DNA from: Erysipelotrichaceae bacterium MTC7
GTDB lineage: Bacteria; Bacillota_I; Bacilli_A; Erysipelotrichales; Erysipelotrichaceae
DNA length: 32,000 nucleotides
NCBI GenBank assembly: GCA_001695645.1
Contig: LVZN01000003.1
Coordinates: 30,001-62,000 of the forward strand
Direction: 5' to 3'
A program made the translations under genes and the position numbers. This document shows, piece after piece, positions 8,220 to 15,189 of the stretch. Numbering within the stretch: position 1 is the first letter of the stretch; the number at the start of each line of letters is the position of its first letter. The notes below the pieces were generated by a model. That model saw only the letters and a program-made list of their open reading frames with translations, had not been told where the DNA came from and made no database searches.

Positions 8220-8247
8220 TTGACAACAATAAACAAGAGAATATAAT
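8220..8247 (+). promoter_or_regulatory. Consensus sigma-A promoter of the GRE operon
   Basis: TTGACA (8220..8225), 16-nt spacer, TATAAT (8242..8247). This places the transcription start inside the N-terminal extension shown in the ORF track. Confidence 0.7.
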
Positions 8248-8278
8248 GAAAGTAACAAGGAACATCATGGAGGACATA

Positions 8279-10630
8279 ATGGAACTTCAACAAACCAAAC
8301 GCATTCAAATATTAAAAGATAAAATGATGCAGGAAGAGCGCTACGTCAGTATTGAACAAGCAAGAATCATCACCGACACATACAAACAACACGAAGATCA
8401 ACCGATAATTTTGAAACGTGCACATGCTTTGAAAGCTTCACTTGAAAAGATGGAAATAGGTATCGAACCAGAAGAATTAATCGTAGGTAATCGAACCAAA
8501 GGGGTTCGTGCAGGTGTCGTCTTTCCAGAGGGTGGATGTTCATGGGTAGATAAAGAGTTTGAAAGCCTACCAACGCGTCCACAAGATACGTTTCAAATTC
8601 GTAAAGCAGATATCAAAGAATTTCGAGAAGTTATTTTACCGTACTGGCAAGGGAAAACGTTAGAAGATGTTGTCACAAGTCGTGGTGGTAAACAAATCAA
8701 AGAGATTGCAAAAGTTGCTAAAATAAATCAAACGGACCATGCTCAAGGACACATTTGTCCAGACTGTCAAACTTGGTTAGCTAAAGGTCCTGCAGGTTTG
8801 TATGAACAAGCACGCAAAGCCCATGCCAAGGCAACAGGTGATCATGCACAATTTTATGAGAGTGTTATATTGGTATTGGAAGGTGCTATGCATTTTATGC
8901 AAAGATATCATGATTTGCTAGTGCAAGAAGCACAAAAACCAGAAAACGAAAAAAATAAAGAATCAATGCTTACGGTTGCTACAATTTGTGAAAATCTAAC
9001 AAAACGACCTGCACAAAGTTTTCATGAGGCACTGCAGGCTACGTGGTTTTTATTTGTAATTTTACAAATGGAAAGTAATGCATCTTCATTTTCTCCAGGA
9101 CGTATGGATGTGTTCTTATATCCGTACTATCAAAAAGACATTCTACAAGGCGTAATCACAAAACAAGAAGCGTTGGAACTCATTGAGGCACTATGGTTAA
9201 AATTTAATCAAATCGTGTATTTACGTAATAAAAATGGGGCAAAGTATTTTGCTGGTTTCCCCATTGGGTTCAATGTTGCAGTGGGTGGACAAGATGTAGA
9301 CGGTAAGCCATATGAAAATGAACTTTCTCATTTGTTTTTACAAGCACAAGAACATTTGGGTTTACCACAACCGAACTTAAGTGTCCGCTTGCACAAAAAC
9401 ACAAGCGATGCCTTGTTGAAACACGCCATTCGTGTTGTTGCCAAAGGTAGTGGTATGCCACAGTTCTTCAATGATGAAAGTATCATTGATGCAATGATGG
9501 ATTTAGGTATTAGTCAAAAAGATGCACGTAACTATGCCATTGTTGGTTGTGTGGAGCTGACGACATCAGGCAATGGTTTGGGATGGTCGGATTCGGCAAT
9601 GTTCAATTTCAATAAGGCGTTGGAACTCACGTTAAATCATGGAACTTGTTTACTTTCAAAACAAGTGATGTCTCCAGATTTTGGTGGCTTGGATACCTAT
9701 ACATCGTATGAAGAGTTAGAAATAGCATATGAAAAAATGTTGGATTATTATATCGATAAAATGATTGCTTGTATTGAAATTGTGGAACAAGCACATATGG
9801 ATATCCTACCTTCACCATTTTTATCTTCGGTTATGGATGCATGTTTAGACAAGGGTGTAGATGTAACAGCCGGTGGTGCACATTATAATCTAAATGGAAT
9901 TCAAATGATTCAAATTGCCAATTTGGCAGACTCGTTAGCCGCTATTAAAAAACTTGTCTACACCGACAAGCGTATAAAGCAAGAAGAGCTCTTACATGCA
10001 CTACAACATAATTTTGAAAATGCAGAAGTTTTACGACAAACCCTGTTACATAAAGTTGATAAATATGGAAATGATGTTGCATGGGTTGATGAACTCGGAG
10101 CACGTTGGGCTCGCAAGTTTCGTTCAAAACTAAGAAACTTTACCAATGTAAGAGGTGGTCCATATCATACAGGAATGTATACAGTGAGTGCACATGTGCC
10201 AATGGGAGAAAACGTTGGGGCAAGTCCTGATGGTCGTTTAAGTCAAACTCCACTTGCAGATGGTGGGATGTCTGCAGTATACGGTCGGGACATCAATGGA
10301 CCGACTGCGGTGCTTAAATCTGTATCTAGACTGGATAATGAACTGACGACCAACGGTGGTTTACTCAACATGAAATTTCTTCCAGAATTTTTCAAAAATG
10401 AAGCGGGCGTCGATAAGTTTGCAAGTTTTATGCGTTCGTTTGTACAACTAGAAATTCCACATATCCAGTTCAACGTTGTGCGCAAAGAAGACTTGCTTGC
10501 AGCAATTGCACAACCAGAAAAGTATCGTTCTTTAACGGTACGAGTTGCTGGATATACCGCATATTTTACCGAACTAGCAGGAGAACTACAAAATGAAATT
10601 ATCGCTAGAACCAGTTATGAATCCATCTAA
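8279..10630 (+). CDS. Glycyl radical enzyme of the PFL superfamily, dehydratase/eliminase class; substrate not assignable from sequence alone
   Basis: Glycyl radical motif RVAGY (Gly codon 10550..10552) and a GCVE catalytic Cys loop (Cys codon 9548..9550). The Cys-x-Glu arrangement is that of the dehydratase/lyase GREs, not the Cys-Cys of PFL. I prefer the start at 8279 (GGAGG 6 nt upstream, downstream of the promoter); 8267 is an alternative. The N-terminus MELQQTKRIQILKDKMM...SIEQARIITDTYKQHE is typical of GREs. Confidence 0.9.
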   Translation: MELQQTKRIQILKDKMMQEERYVSIEQARIITDTYKQHEDQPIILKRAHALKASLEKMEIGIEPEELIVGNRTKGVRAGVVFPEGGCSWVDKEFESLPTRPQDTFQIRKADIKEFREVILPYWQGKTLEDVVTSRGGKQIKEIAKVAKINQTDHAQGHICPDCQTWLAKGPAGLYEQARKAHAKATGDHAQFYESVILVLEGAMHFMQRYHDLLVQEAQKPENEKNKESMLTVATICENLTKRPAQSFHEALQATWFLFVILQMESNASSFSPGRMDVFLYPYYQKDILQGVITKQEALELIEALWLKFNQIVYLRNKNGAKYFAGFPIGFNVAVGGQDVDGKPYENELSHLFLQAQEHLGLPQPNLSVRLHKNTSDALLKHAIRVVAKGSGMPQFFNDESIIDAMMDLGISQKDARNYAIVGCVELTTSGNGLGWSDSAMFNFNKALELTLNHGTCLLSKQVMSPDFGGLDTYTSYEELEIAYEKMLDYYIDKMIACIEIVEQAHMDILPSPFLSSVMDACLDKGVDVTAGGAHYNLNGIQMIQIANLADSLAAIKKLVYTDKRIKQEELLHALQHNFENAEVLRQTLLHKVDKYGNDVAWVDELGARWARKFRSKLRNFTNVRGGPYHTGMYTVSAHVPMGENVGASPDGRLSQTPLADGGMSAVYGRDINGPTAVLKSVSRLDNELTTNGGLLNMKFLPEFFKNEAGVDKFASFMRSFVQLEIPHIQFNVVRKEDLLAAIAQPEKYRSLTVRVAGYTAYFTELAGELQNEIIARTSYESI

Positions 10631-11540
10631 ACTTACAGGCAACGTTTTTGATATCAAACGCTTTGCTCTACATGATGGACATGGTTTACGAACAACGGTT
10701 TTTCTTAAAGGTTGTCCACTGCACTGTTGCTGGTGTCAAAATCCAGAAGGAATTGCATCAACAAAACAAGTTCTTTATTTTGCCAATTCTTGTATCAATT
10801 GTAAAACGTGTCTTGCATACAGCAAAAACGGCGGTATTACTTCGCAGGAAAAAGGAATTAAACTTTGTCGTGAAAAAACTGAAGATTGGGATACGATTAT
10901 TAATATGTGCCCTACCAATGCTTTGCAATATGATAGTAAGACATATACCGTAAATCAATTGATCACGGAACTCAAAAAAGATTTGGTGTTTTTTCAAAGC
11001 GATGGTGGTGTGACTTTTTCAGGAGGAGAACCTCTCTATCAAGCACCGTTCTTACTAGAAAGTTTAAAGGCCTGCAAGCAAGCCAATATGCATACAGCAA
11101 TAGAAACGACACTCTATGCAAAAAAAGAAATCATTGAAGAAATCTTTACCTATGTAGATTTAATCTATGTGGACTTAAAAATACTTGATTCAAAAAATCA
11201 TCAAAGGTATGTTGGTGCAAAAAATGATGGAATCTTAGATAACTTTCGATATCTACTAACATCGATTCATAAAGATAAGGTGATAGTGCGTACACCGCTC
11301 ATTCCACAAATGACAGCAACAAAAGAAAACATCGAGCAAATTGCGAAATTTCTATTTCACTTATATCCCGATGTACATTATGAACTACTTAACTATAACC
11401 CACTTGCTAAAGCAAAGTATGAATATCTCGATGGTACTTATTGTTTTAGTGAAAATCCAAAACCTTACAACGATGAACAACTACAAAAGTTTTATGACAT
11501 CGTATTACAGCAGGGGATCAAACATCTCATAATAGAATAA
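10593..11540 (+). CDS. Glycyl-radical-enzyme activating enzyme (radical SAM)
   Basis: FDIKRFALHDGHGLRTTVFLKGCPLHCCWCQNPE carries the CxxxCxxC radical-SAM cluster motif. Extra Cys motifs CINCKTC...CPTNAL match the ferredoxin-like insert of non-PFL GRE activases. The start at 10593 (AGGAG upstream) overlaps the GRE gene by 38 nt. The ATG at 10617 is an alternative but has no SD. Confidence 0.9.
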   Translation: MKLSLEPVMNPSKLTGNVFDIKRFALHDGHGLRTTVFLKGCPLHCCWCQNPEGIASTKQVLYFANSCINCKTCLAYSKNGGITSQEKGIKLCREKTEDWDTIINMCPTNALQYDSKTYTVNQLITELKKDLVFFQSDGGVTFSGGEPLYQAPFLLESLKACKQANMHTAIETTLYAKKEIIEEIFTYVDLIYVDLKILDSKNHQRYVGAKNDGILDNFRYLLTSIHKDKVIVRTPLIPQMTATKENIEQIAKFLFHLYPDVHYELLNYNPLAKAKYEYLDGTYCFSENPKPYNDEQLQKFYDIVLQQGIKHLIIE

Positions 11541-11552
11541 GAAGGAGACATT

Positions 11553-12239
11553 ATGAAACTATTAATTGACAATGCAAATCTAGGGGAAATTAAACGAATT
11601 TATGAATTCTATCCAATCGATGGGGTAACATGCAACCCAACCATTTTACGTAAAGAAGGAAAAAATCCATACAAGCTATTAAAAGCGATACGTGCCTTTA
11701 TTGGGGAAGATGCACAATTGCATGTACAAGTCATCGGAATGGATGCCATCACAATGATTGAAGAAGGTCATCAAATCCAAAAAGAATTGGGAGCGAATAC
11801 CTACATTAAAATCCCAGTAACTCCAGAAGGTTTAAAAGCCATCAAACACTTAGCTAGTGAAGGGGCGAATGTTACAGGTACTGCAGTCTACAATCAAATG
11901 CAAGGATTTCTTGCCGGTAAAGCAGGAGCTAAATATGTCGCTCCATATGTAAACCGCATCGATAATTTAGGTTATGATGGAATTACGGTTGCCAAGCAAA
12001 TTCATGATATGTTAAAACAAGCCAATTTAGAAACAAATATTTTAGCAGCGAGTTTTAAGAACTCGTTTCAGGTATTGGACTTATGTGAATATGGAGTTGG
12101 GGCAGCTACGGTTGCACCAGATGTTATTGATGGGTTCATCAAAAGTGATGTAATCACAAGTGCAGTTGATGCATTTACCAAAGATTTTGAAGCACTATGT
12201 GGGGAAGATACCAACATGCTTACAATTGCAAATAGCTAA
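11553..12239 (+). CDS. fsa: Fructose-6-phosphate aldolase / transaldolase-family class I aldolase (FSA/TalC type)
   Basis: NPTIL, YIKIPVT (Schiff-base Lys context), GTAVYN, YVAPYVNRID and LAASFK align with the pattern I recall for E. coli FsaA/FsaB. 228 aa. SD AAGGAG. Confidence 0.85.
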   Translation: MKLLIDNANLGEIKRIYEFYPIDGVTCNPTILRKEGKNPYKLLKAIRAFIGEDAQLHVQVIGMDAITMIEEGHQIQKELGANTYIKIPVTPEGLKAIKHLASEGANVTGTAVYNQMQGFLAGKAGAKYVAPYVNRIDNLGYDGITVAKQIHDMLKQANLETNILAASFKNSFQVLDLCEYGVGAATVAPDVIDGFIKSDVITSAVDAFTKDFEALCGEDTNMLTIANS

Positions 12240-12242
12240 AAA

Positions 12243-12279
12243 ACAACCATCTTGTTGCTACAAGATGGCTGTTTTTTTA
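12243..12279. terminator. Bidirectional terminator between convergent genes
   Basis: CCATCTTG (12247..12254) pairs with CAAGATGG (12261..12268). An A-run precedes and a T7 run follows, so it can terminate both the GRE operon and the convergent minus-strand gene. Confidence 0.7.
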
Positions 12280-12534
12280 TCCTTTTAATCCACGTGATTG
12301 GCGGTCCATATCCTCAACTACGATATCGTAAATTTCACCAAGTGTTGCGCAGTATTGCAATACATCCCAAGGTTCGTTTGTGTGGTAATGAATCTTGATA
12401 AGTTCATCATCACCAACGGCAAGTAAACTATCTCCCTTAAAGTTTTCTGAAATGTAATCAAAGATTGCATCCTCATTAAGGTCATGGCCTTCAATTAGTA
12501 ATTGTGTATCGTATCTAAATTCTGTCATTTGCAT
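12277..12534 (-). CDS. Small protein resembling the central region of FakA/YloV (DAK2-domain fatty-acid kinase) proteins; standalone domain or gene remnant
   Basis: GDSLLAVGDDELIKIHYHTNEPWDVLQYCATLGEIYDIVVEDM matches the 'GDSLvVvgd..lvKvHvHTn.Pg.vl......G.l..i.ieNM' block of YloV/FakA. The ORF track starts at a TTG (12573). The first ATGs are 12534 and 12528, each with only a weak SD. No DAK2 or DegV-like part is present. Confidence 0.5.
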   Translation of the reverse strand: MQMTEFRYDTQLLIEGHDLNEDAIFDYISENFKGDSLLAVGDDELIKIHYHTNEPWDVLQYCATLGEIYDIVVEDMDRQSRGLKG

Positions 12535-12585
12535 ACCTACTTTCTTATTAGTTGTATTATCGTACTTTTTCAAGTCAATTACCAG

Positions 12586-12612
12586 TCAAAAGAAAAAGCA
12601 TCTTTCGACGCT
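12586..12612 (-). terminator. Rho-independent terminator after zupT
   Basis: Minus strand reads AGCGTC-GAAA-GATGCT (6-bp stem with one G:U pair, GNRA-type loop) followed by TTTTTCTTTT. Confidence 0.6.
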
Positions 12613-12613
12613 T

Positions 12614-13420
12614 TTATAAGAATAATAATAGACTAACAGCCATCACGATCATTCCAAGAATTAATCCATAAATTGAAATGTGATGTTCACCGTATTCTCT
12701 AGCTGCTGGTAATAGTTCATCAAAAGAGATAAAGACCATGATCCCCGCAACTCCAGCAAAAATACAACCAAAGACAACATCATTCATGATTGGCATTAAA
12801 ATTAACCAGCCAACTAAAGCTCCGATTGGTTCCGCAAGTCCTGATAAAAAAGAATATTTAAATGCAGTTCGCTTGGAACCTGTTGCATAATAAATTGGAG
12901 CCGATACGGCAATCCCTTCAGGTATGTTGTGAATGGCAATGGCTACAACTACAGGAACGGCTACGGATGGATCTTGAATGGCAGATACAAATGTTGCAAG
13001 TCCTTCAGGAAAGTTGTGAATCCCGATAGCCAGTGCTGTCATAATGCCCATACGATGTAATTTCTTTTTGTCTTTTTCATGCTTTGCTTCTTTGCTGTAA
13101 TCTACCTCTTTTGGTTCGTGTGGGTTTTCTTCACTTGGAACAAGTTTGTCAATAATCGCAATCACAAACATCCCCACAAAAAAGGAAATGACGGTTGCCC
13201 AACTACCTAACTTGGTTCCAAGTTCACCAATTAATGTGGTTTGTGCACTAGCAAATATTTCAATCATTGAAACATACACCATGACCCCAGCTGAAAATCC
13301 TAGGGAAAATGATAAAAACTTTTTATTTGTGCGCTTTGCGAAGAAAGCGATAAAACTTCCAATTCCGGTACATAAACCAGCGATTGCGGTAAACATAAAT
13401 GCAATCAACACATTGCTCAT
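12614..13420 (-). CDS. zupT: ZIP-family zinc/divalent-metal transporter ZupT
   Basis: 268 aa with 8 hydrophobic segments. It has the paired ZIP signatures HNFPEGLA and HNIPEGIAV and a central His/Lys/Glu-rich loop (EENPHEPKEVDYSKEAKHEKDKKKLH). SD AGGAGG. Confidence 0.9.
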   Translation of the reverse strand: MSNVLIAFMFTAIAGLCTGIGSFIAFFAKRTNKKFLSFSLGFSAGVMVYVSMIEIFASAQTTLIGELGTKLGSWATVISFFVGMFVIAIIDKLVPSEENPHEPKEVDYSKEAKHEKDKKKLHRMGIMTALAIGIHNFPEGLATFVSAIQDPSVAVPVVVAIAIHNIPEGIAVSAPIYYATGSKRTAFKYSFLSGLAEPIGALVGWLILMPIMNDVVFGCIFAGVAGIMVFISFDELLPAAREYGEHHISIYGLILGMIVMAVSLLLFL

Positions 13421-13434
13421 AATATCCTCCTAAT

Positions 13435-13452
13435 AGTTAGATTAATCTAACT
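13435..13452. promoter_or_regulatory. Perfect 18-bp palindrome between the -10 region and the SD of zupT; candidate metalloregulator operator
   Basis: AGTTAGATTAATCTAACT equals its own reverse complement. On the minus strand it sits directly after TATATAAT and directly before TATTAGGAGG-ATG of zupT. Confidence 0.45.
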
Positions 13453-13561
13453 TTATTATATAGTATCACGCTGACCATGTGCGGTCAACTGTAATAACTC
13501 CTATCTTTATTTAAGCATATAATGATAGAAAGCCAAAGGAACTAGCACGTGTTGTATAAAT

Positions 13562-13599
13562 AAAACAAAAACGAGTCTAAGACCCGTTTTTGTTTTTGT
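13562..13599 (-). terminator. Rho-independent terminator after the lipoprotein gene; A/T runs on both sides
   Basis: ACGAGTC-TAA-GACCCGT hairpin (13571..13587, one mismatch) flanked by AAAACAAAA and TTTTTGTTTTTGTT. Confidence 0.6.
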
Positions 13600-13600
13600 T

Positions 13601-14260
13601 CTAGTGGTGGTTTCGGTGGTGTTCTTGTTTATACGTTTTATTTTCGTGATGGTTGTTTGGATAGTTTACACAATTGACATGGTGTAATGTTGGATCCTGA
13701 CAGTTTTCAAGGCAGCAATGTGGTTGGCAATCGCGTTGTCGAGTAACAAGACGATCTTGAACAGGTGTATTCACTGCTGGTTGTACCGGTTGTGCAACAC
13801 TGTTTTCAACGACAGGTGTAGGTGCGGGTGCAACCGGTGTTGTTTGGTGAATTCGATCTTGATCACGTGTTTTTAGCAAGCTTGCATATTCGCATAAAGA
13901 ACTTCTAATGGAAACTTGCGTATCTTTATCAAACATGTCGCCTTTGAAACGCACTTGAATGTCATCTTTGTCACGATTTTCTAAATACCCTTTGGCATGG
14001 ATTTTGGTAAGTACATCAATAAGCACTGGAGCAGCACTTTTGTTTTTGTAGGTAATGTTTTCAACAATGGCTTTTGCTTCTTCATTTTTAGCTAAAAGCT
14101 TTGTTACATTTCCTTGTGCATCCAGTTGCAGTTCAACTTCTGGATTTACTTTCAAAAAGATCTGTCCAGCGATTGCTGGTTTGCTTACGTTTGCACTTGT
14201 ACATCCTACACATGTCATAAACACCAGTAAAACCGCAAAGAATTGTTTAAGTTTTTTCAT
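13601..14260 (-). CDS. Lipoprotein whose mature domain is a paralogue of the RsgI-like ectodomain, with a Pro-rich linker and a Cys/His-rich C-terminal tail
   Basis: Signal peptide with lipobox-type Cys (MKKLKQFFAVLLVFMTCVGC). IFLKVNPEVELQLDAQGNVTKLLAKNEEAKAIV... aligns with IWLRYNPEYRIEIDKQGNVIEAKGVNQDAIDSL... of the adjacent anti-sigma gene. The last 43 aa contain 5 Cys and 9 His (DCQPHCCLENCQDPTLHHVNCVNYPNNHHENKTYKQEHHRNHH). Confidence 0.75.
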   Translation of the reverse strand: MKKLKQFFAVLLVFMTCVGCTSANVSKPAIAGQIFLKVNPEVELQLDAQGNVTKLLAKNEEAKAIVENITYKNKSAAPVLIDVLTKIHAKGYLENRDKDDIQVRFKGDMFDKDTQVSIRSSLCEYASLLKTRDQDRIHQTTPVAPAPTPVVENSVAQPVQPAVNTPVQDRLVTRQRDCQPHCCLENCQDPTLHHVNCVNYPNNHHENKTYKQEHHRNHH

Positions 14261-14295
14261 TTGGTTTGACCTCCCTTTATGAATTACACTACACC

Positions 14296-14326
14296 ATACG
14301 TAGTTGCTTTTCTTAAAGTGGGGTAA
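14296..14326 (-). promoter_or_regulatory. Candidate SigI-type promoter upstream of the lipoprotein gene (copy 2 of a duplicated element)
   Basis: Minus strand reads TTACCCCA-CTTTAAGAAAAGCAA-CTACGTAT. Both 8-mers and the 15-nt spacing are identical to the element upstream of sigI. A C-tract -35 with a CG(A/T)A -10 matches what I recall of sigma-I promoters. Confidence 0.6.
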
Positions 14327-14334
14327 TCGGTGAT

Positions 14335-15189
14335 TTAATCGTGATGTTCTTGGTCACGTTTTTGATGTGTTTCATTTTCCACAACTGGTTGTGCATTTTG
14401 ATGCTCTTGGTGGGTTGCTGGATTTTGTTGTTGATTGTTTTGCTCTACCGGAACATGTTGTTGGACATTTTGTTGATGTGTTTCTTTTTCTTGGTGTTGC
14501 TGTTGCTGTTGTTGTGTGTTTTGGTTGTGTTTATTTTCAGGGACAACGTCCGGTAGAGCTTCAGGTGTTGTTTGGTTTTCTTGTTGATTTCCGTGTTTGT
14601 ATTGATGCTTCTTACCAATGTCTTCAATCTGATACGGGATTTCTTTATGACAAAGCTTTTCCTTTAGCCGTATCTCCAGTTCAGTTGCAATCTGGCTGTA
14701 CAAAGAGTCATCCTTCGTATCAATAAATACTTCAAAGGTTTTATCCTGCGTTAGTTTTTCATTTTGTATTCCATAATCGATAATGGCATTGGTAATTGTG
14801 ATGTAACTTTTATCTTTGAATGCTTTTAAATTGAGGGAATCGATAGCATCTTGATTGACACCCTTTGCTTCGATAACATTTCCTTGTTTGTCAATTTCAA
14901 TTCGATATTCTGGATTGTAGCGTAACCAAATGGTAGCAACAACCGGACTTTCCAAACGTGGAAACATGAAAATCAGTAGGGCAATGCAAGTGCTGATGGC
15001 AAGAAGTCCAGCAACGATAGTCCGTGGTCTCCATTTGCGTTTGTTTGGTTGGACATCACTTTGAAAAGGAACGATTTCATCAATTTGATCTCCGATTTGA
15101 TAACTGAAATTAACAGCTAGATCGAAACTACCATTTGTATCTAGAGTTACAACATAGCTTTCGTGTACTTCCATCACTACGTATTTCAT
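14335..15189 (-). CDS. rsgI: Anti-sigma-I factor, RsgI-like: RsgI_N domain, one TM helix, extracytoplasmic domain and a Gln/His-rich disordered tail
   Basis: The N-terminus MKYVVMEVHESYVVTLDTNGSFDLAVNFSYQIGDQIDEI matches the RsgI_N pattern. TM helix IVAGLLAISTCIALLIFMF. The ATG overlaps the sigI stop (ATGA at 15186..15189). The last ~90 aa have about 25 Gln and 11 His, including QQQQQQHQ. Confidence 0.8.
   Translation of the reverse strand: MKYVVMEVHESYVVTLDTNGSFDLAVNFSYQIGDQIDEIVPFQSDVQPNKRKWRPRTIVAGLLAISTCIALLIFMFPRLESPVVATIWLRYNPEYRIEIDKQGNVIEAKGVNQDAIDSLNLKAFKDKSYITITNAIIDYGIQNEKLTQDKTFEVFIDTKDDSLYSQIATELEIRLKEKLCHKEIPYQIEDIGKKHQYKHGNQQENQTTPEALPDVVPENKHNQNTQQQQQQHQEKETHQQNVQQHVPVEQNNQQQNPATHQEHQNAQPVVENETHQKRDQEHHD

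Noticed and set aside
8174-8278. N-terminal extension of the GRE ORF in the track (MFSFCDKTIKNNKKYIDNNKQENIMKVTRNIMEDIM). Similar track extensions occur at 24284, 18452, 18660, 5089, 5918 and 12573.
   Set aside because: The extensions contain consensus promoter elements (for example TTGACA-16-TATAAT at 8220..8247 and TATAAT at 24290..24295) or begin at TTG/GTG codons without an SD. Downstream ATGs have good SDs and give family-typical N-termini.
10648-10997. Alternative-frame ORF 10648..10953 (+) and antisense ORF 10758..10997 within the activase gene.
   Set aside because: The annotated frame carries the CxxxCxxC radical-SAM motif and ferredoxin motifs. The alternative ORFs are Leu/Ile/Lys-rich AT-bias artefacts.
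11621-11628. Additional TGGGGTAA (= TTACCCCA on the minus strand) matches inside the fsa gene here, and at 27988..27995 inside the GT4-RecX gene.
   Set aside because: Neither has the CTACGTAT element, or any CGTA/CGAA, at the 15-nt spacing. Both are intragenic. I treat them as chance 8-mer matches, not SigI promoters.
13146-13433. 95-aa plus-strand ORF antisense to zupT.
   Set aside because: It lies entirely within a well-supported ZIP transporter gene on the other strand. It has no start signals and no recognisable sequence features.
14341-14726. Plus-strand ORFs 14341..14556 (71 aa) and 14367..14726 (119 aa), antisense to the rsgI-like gene.
   Set aside because: They mirror the CAA/CAG-rich low-complexity tail on the opposite strand. 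They have no SD and give Leu/Val/Phe-rich nonsense sequence. The minus-strand gene has clear family signatures.
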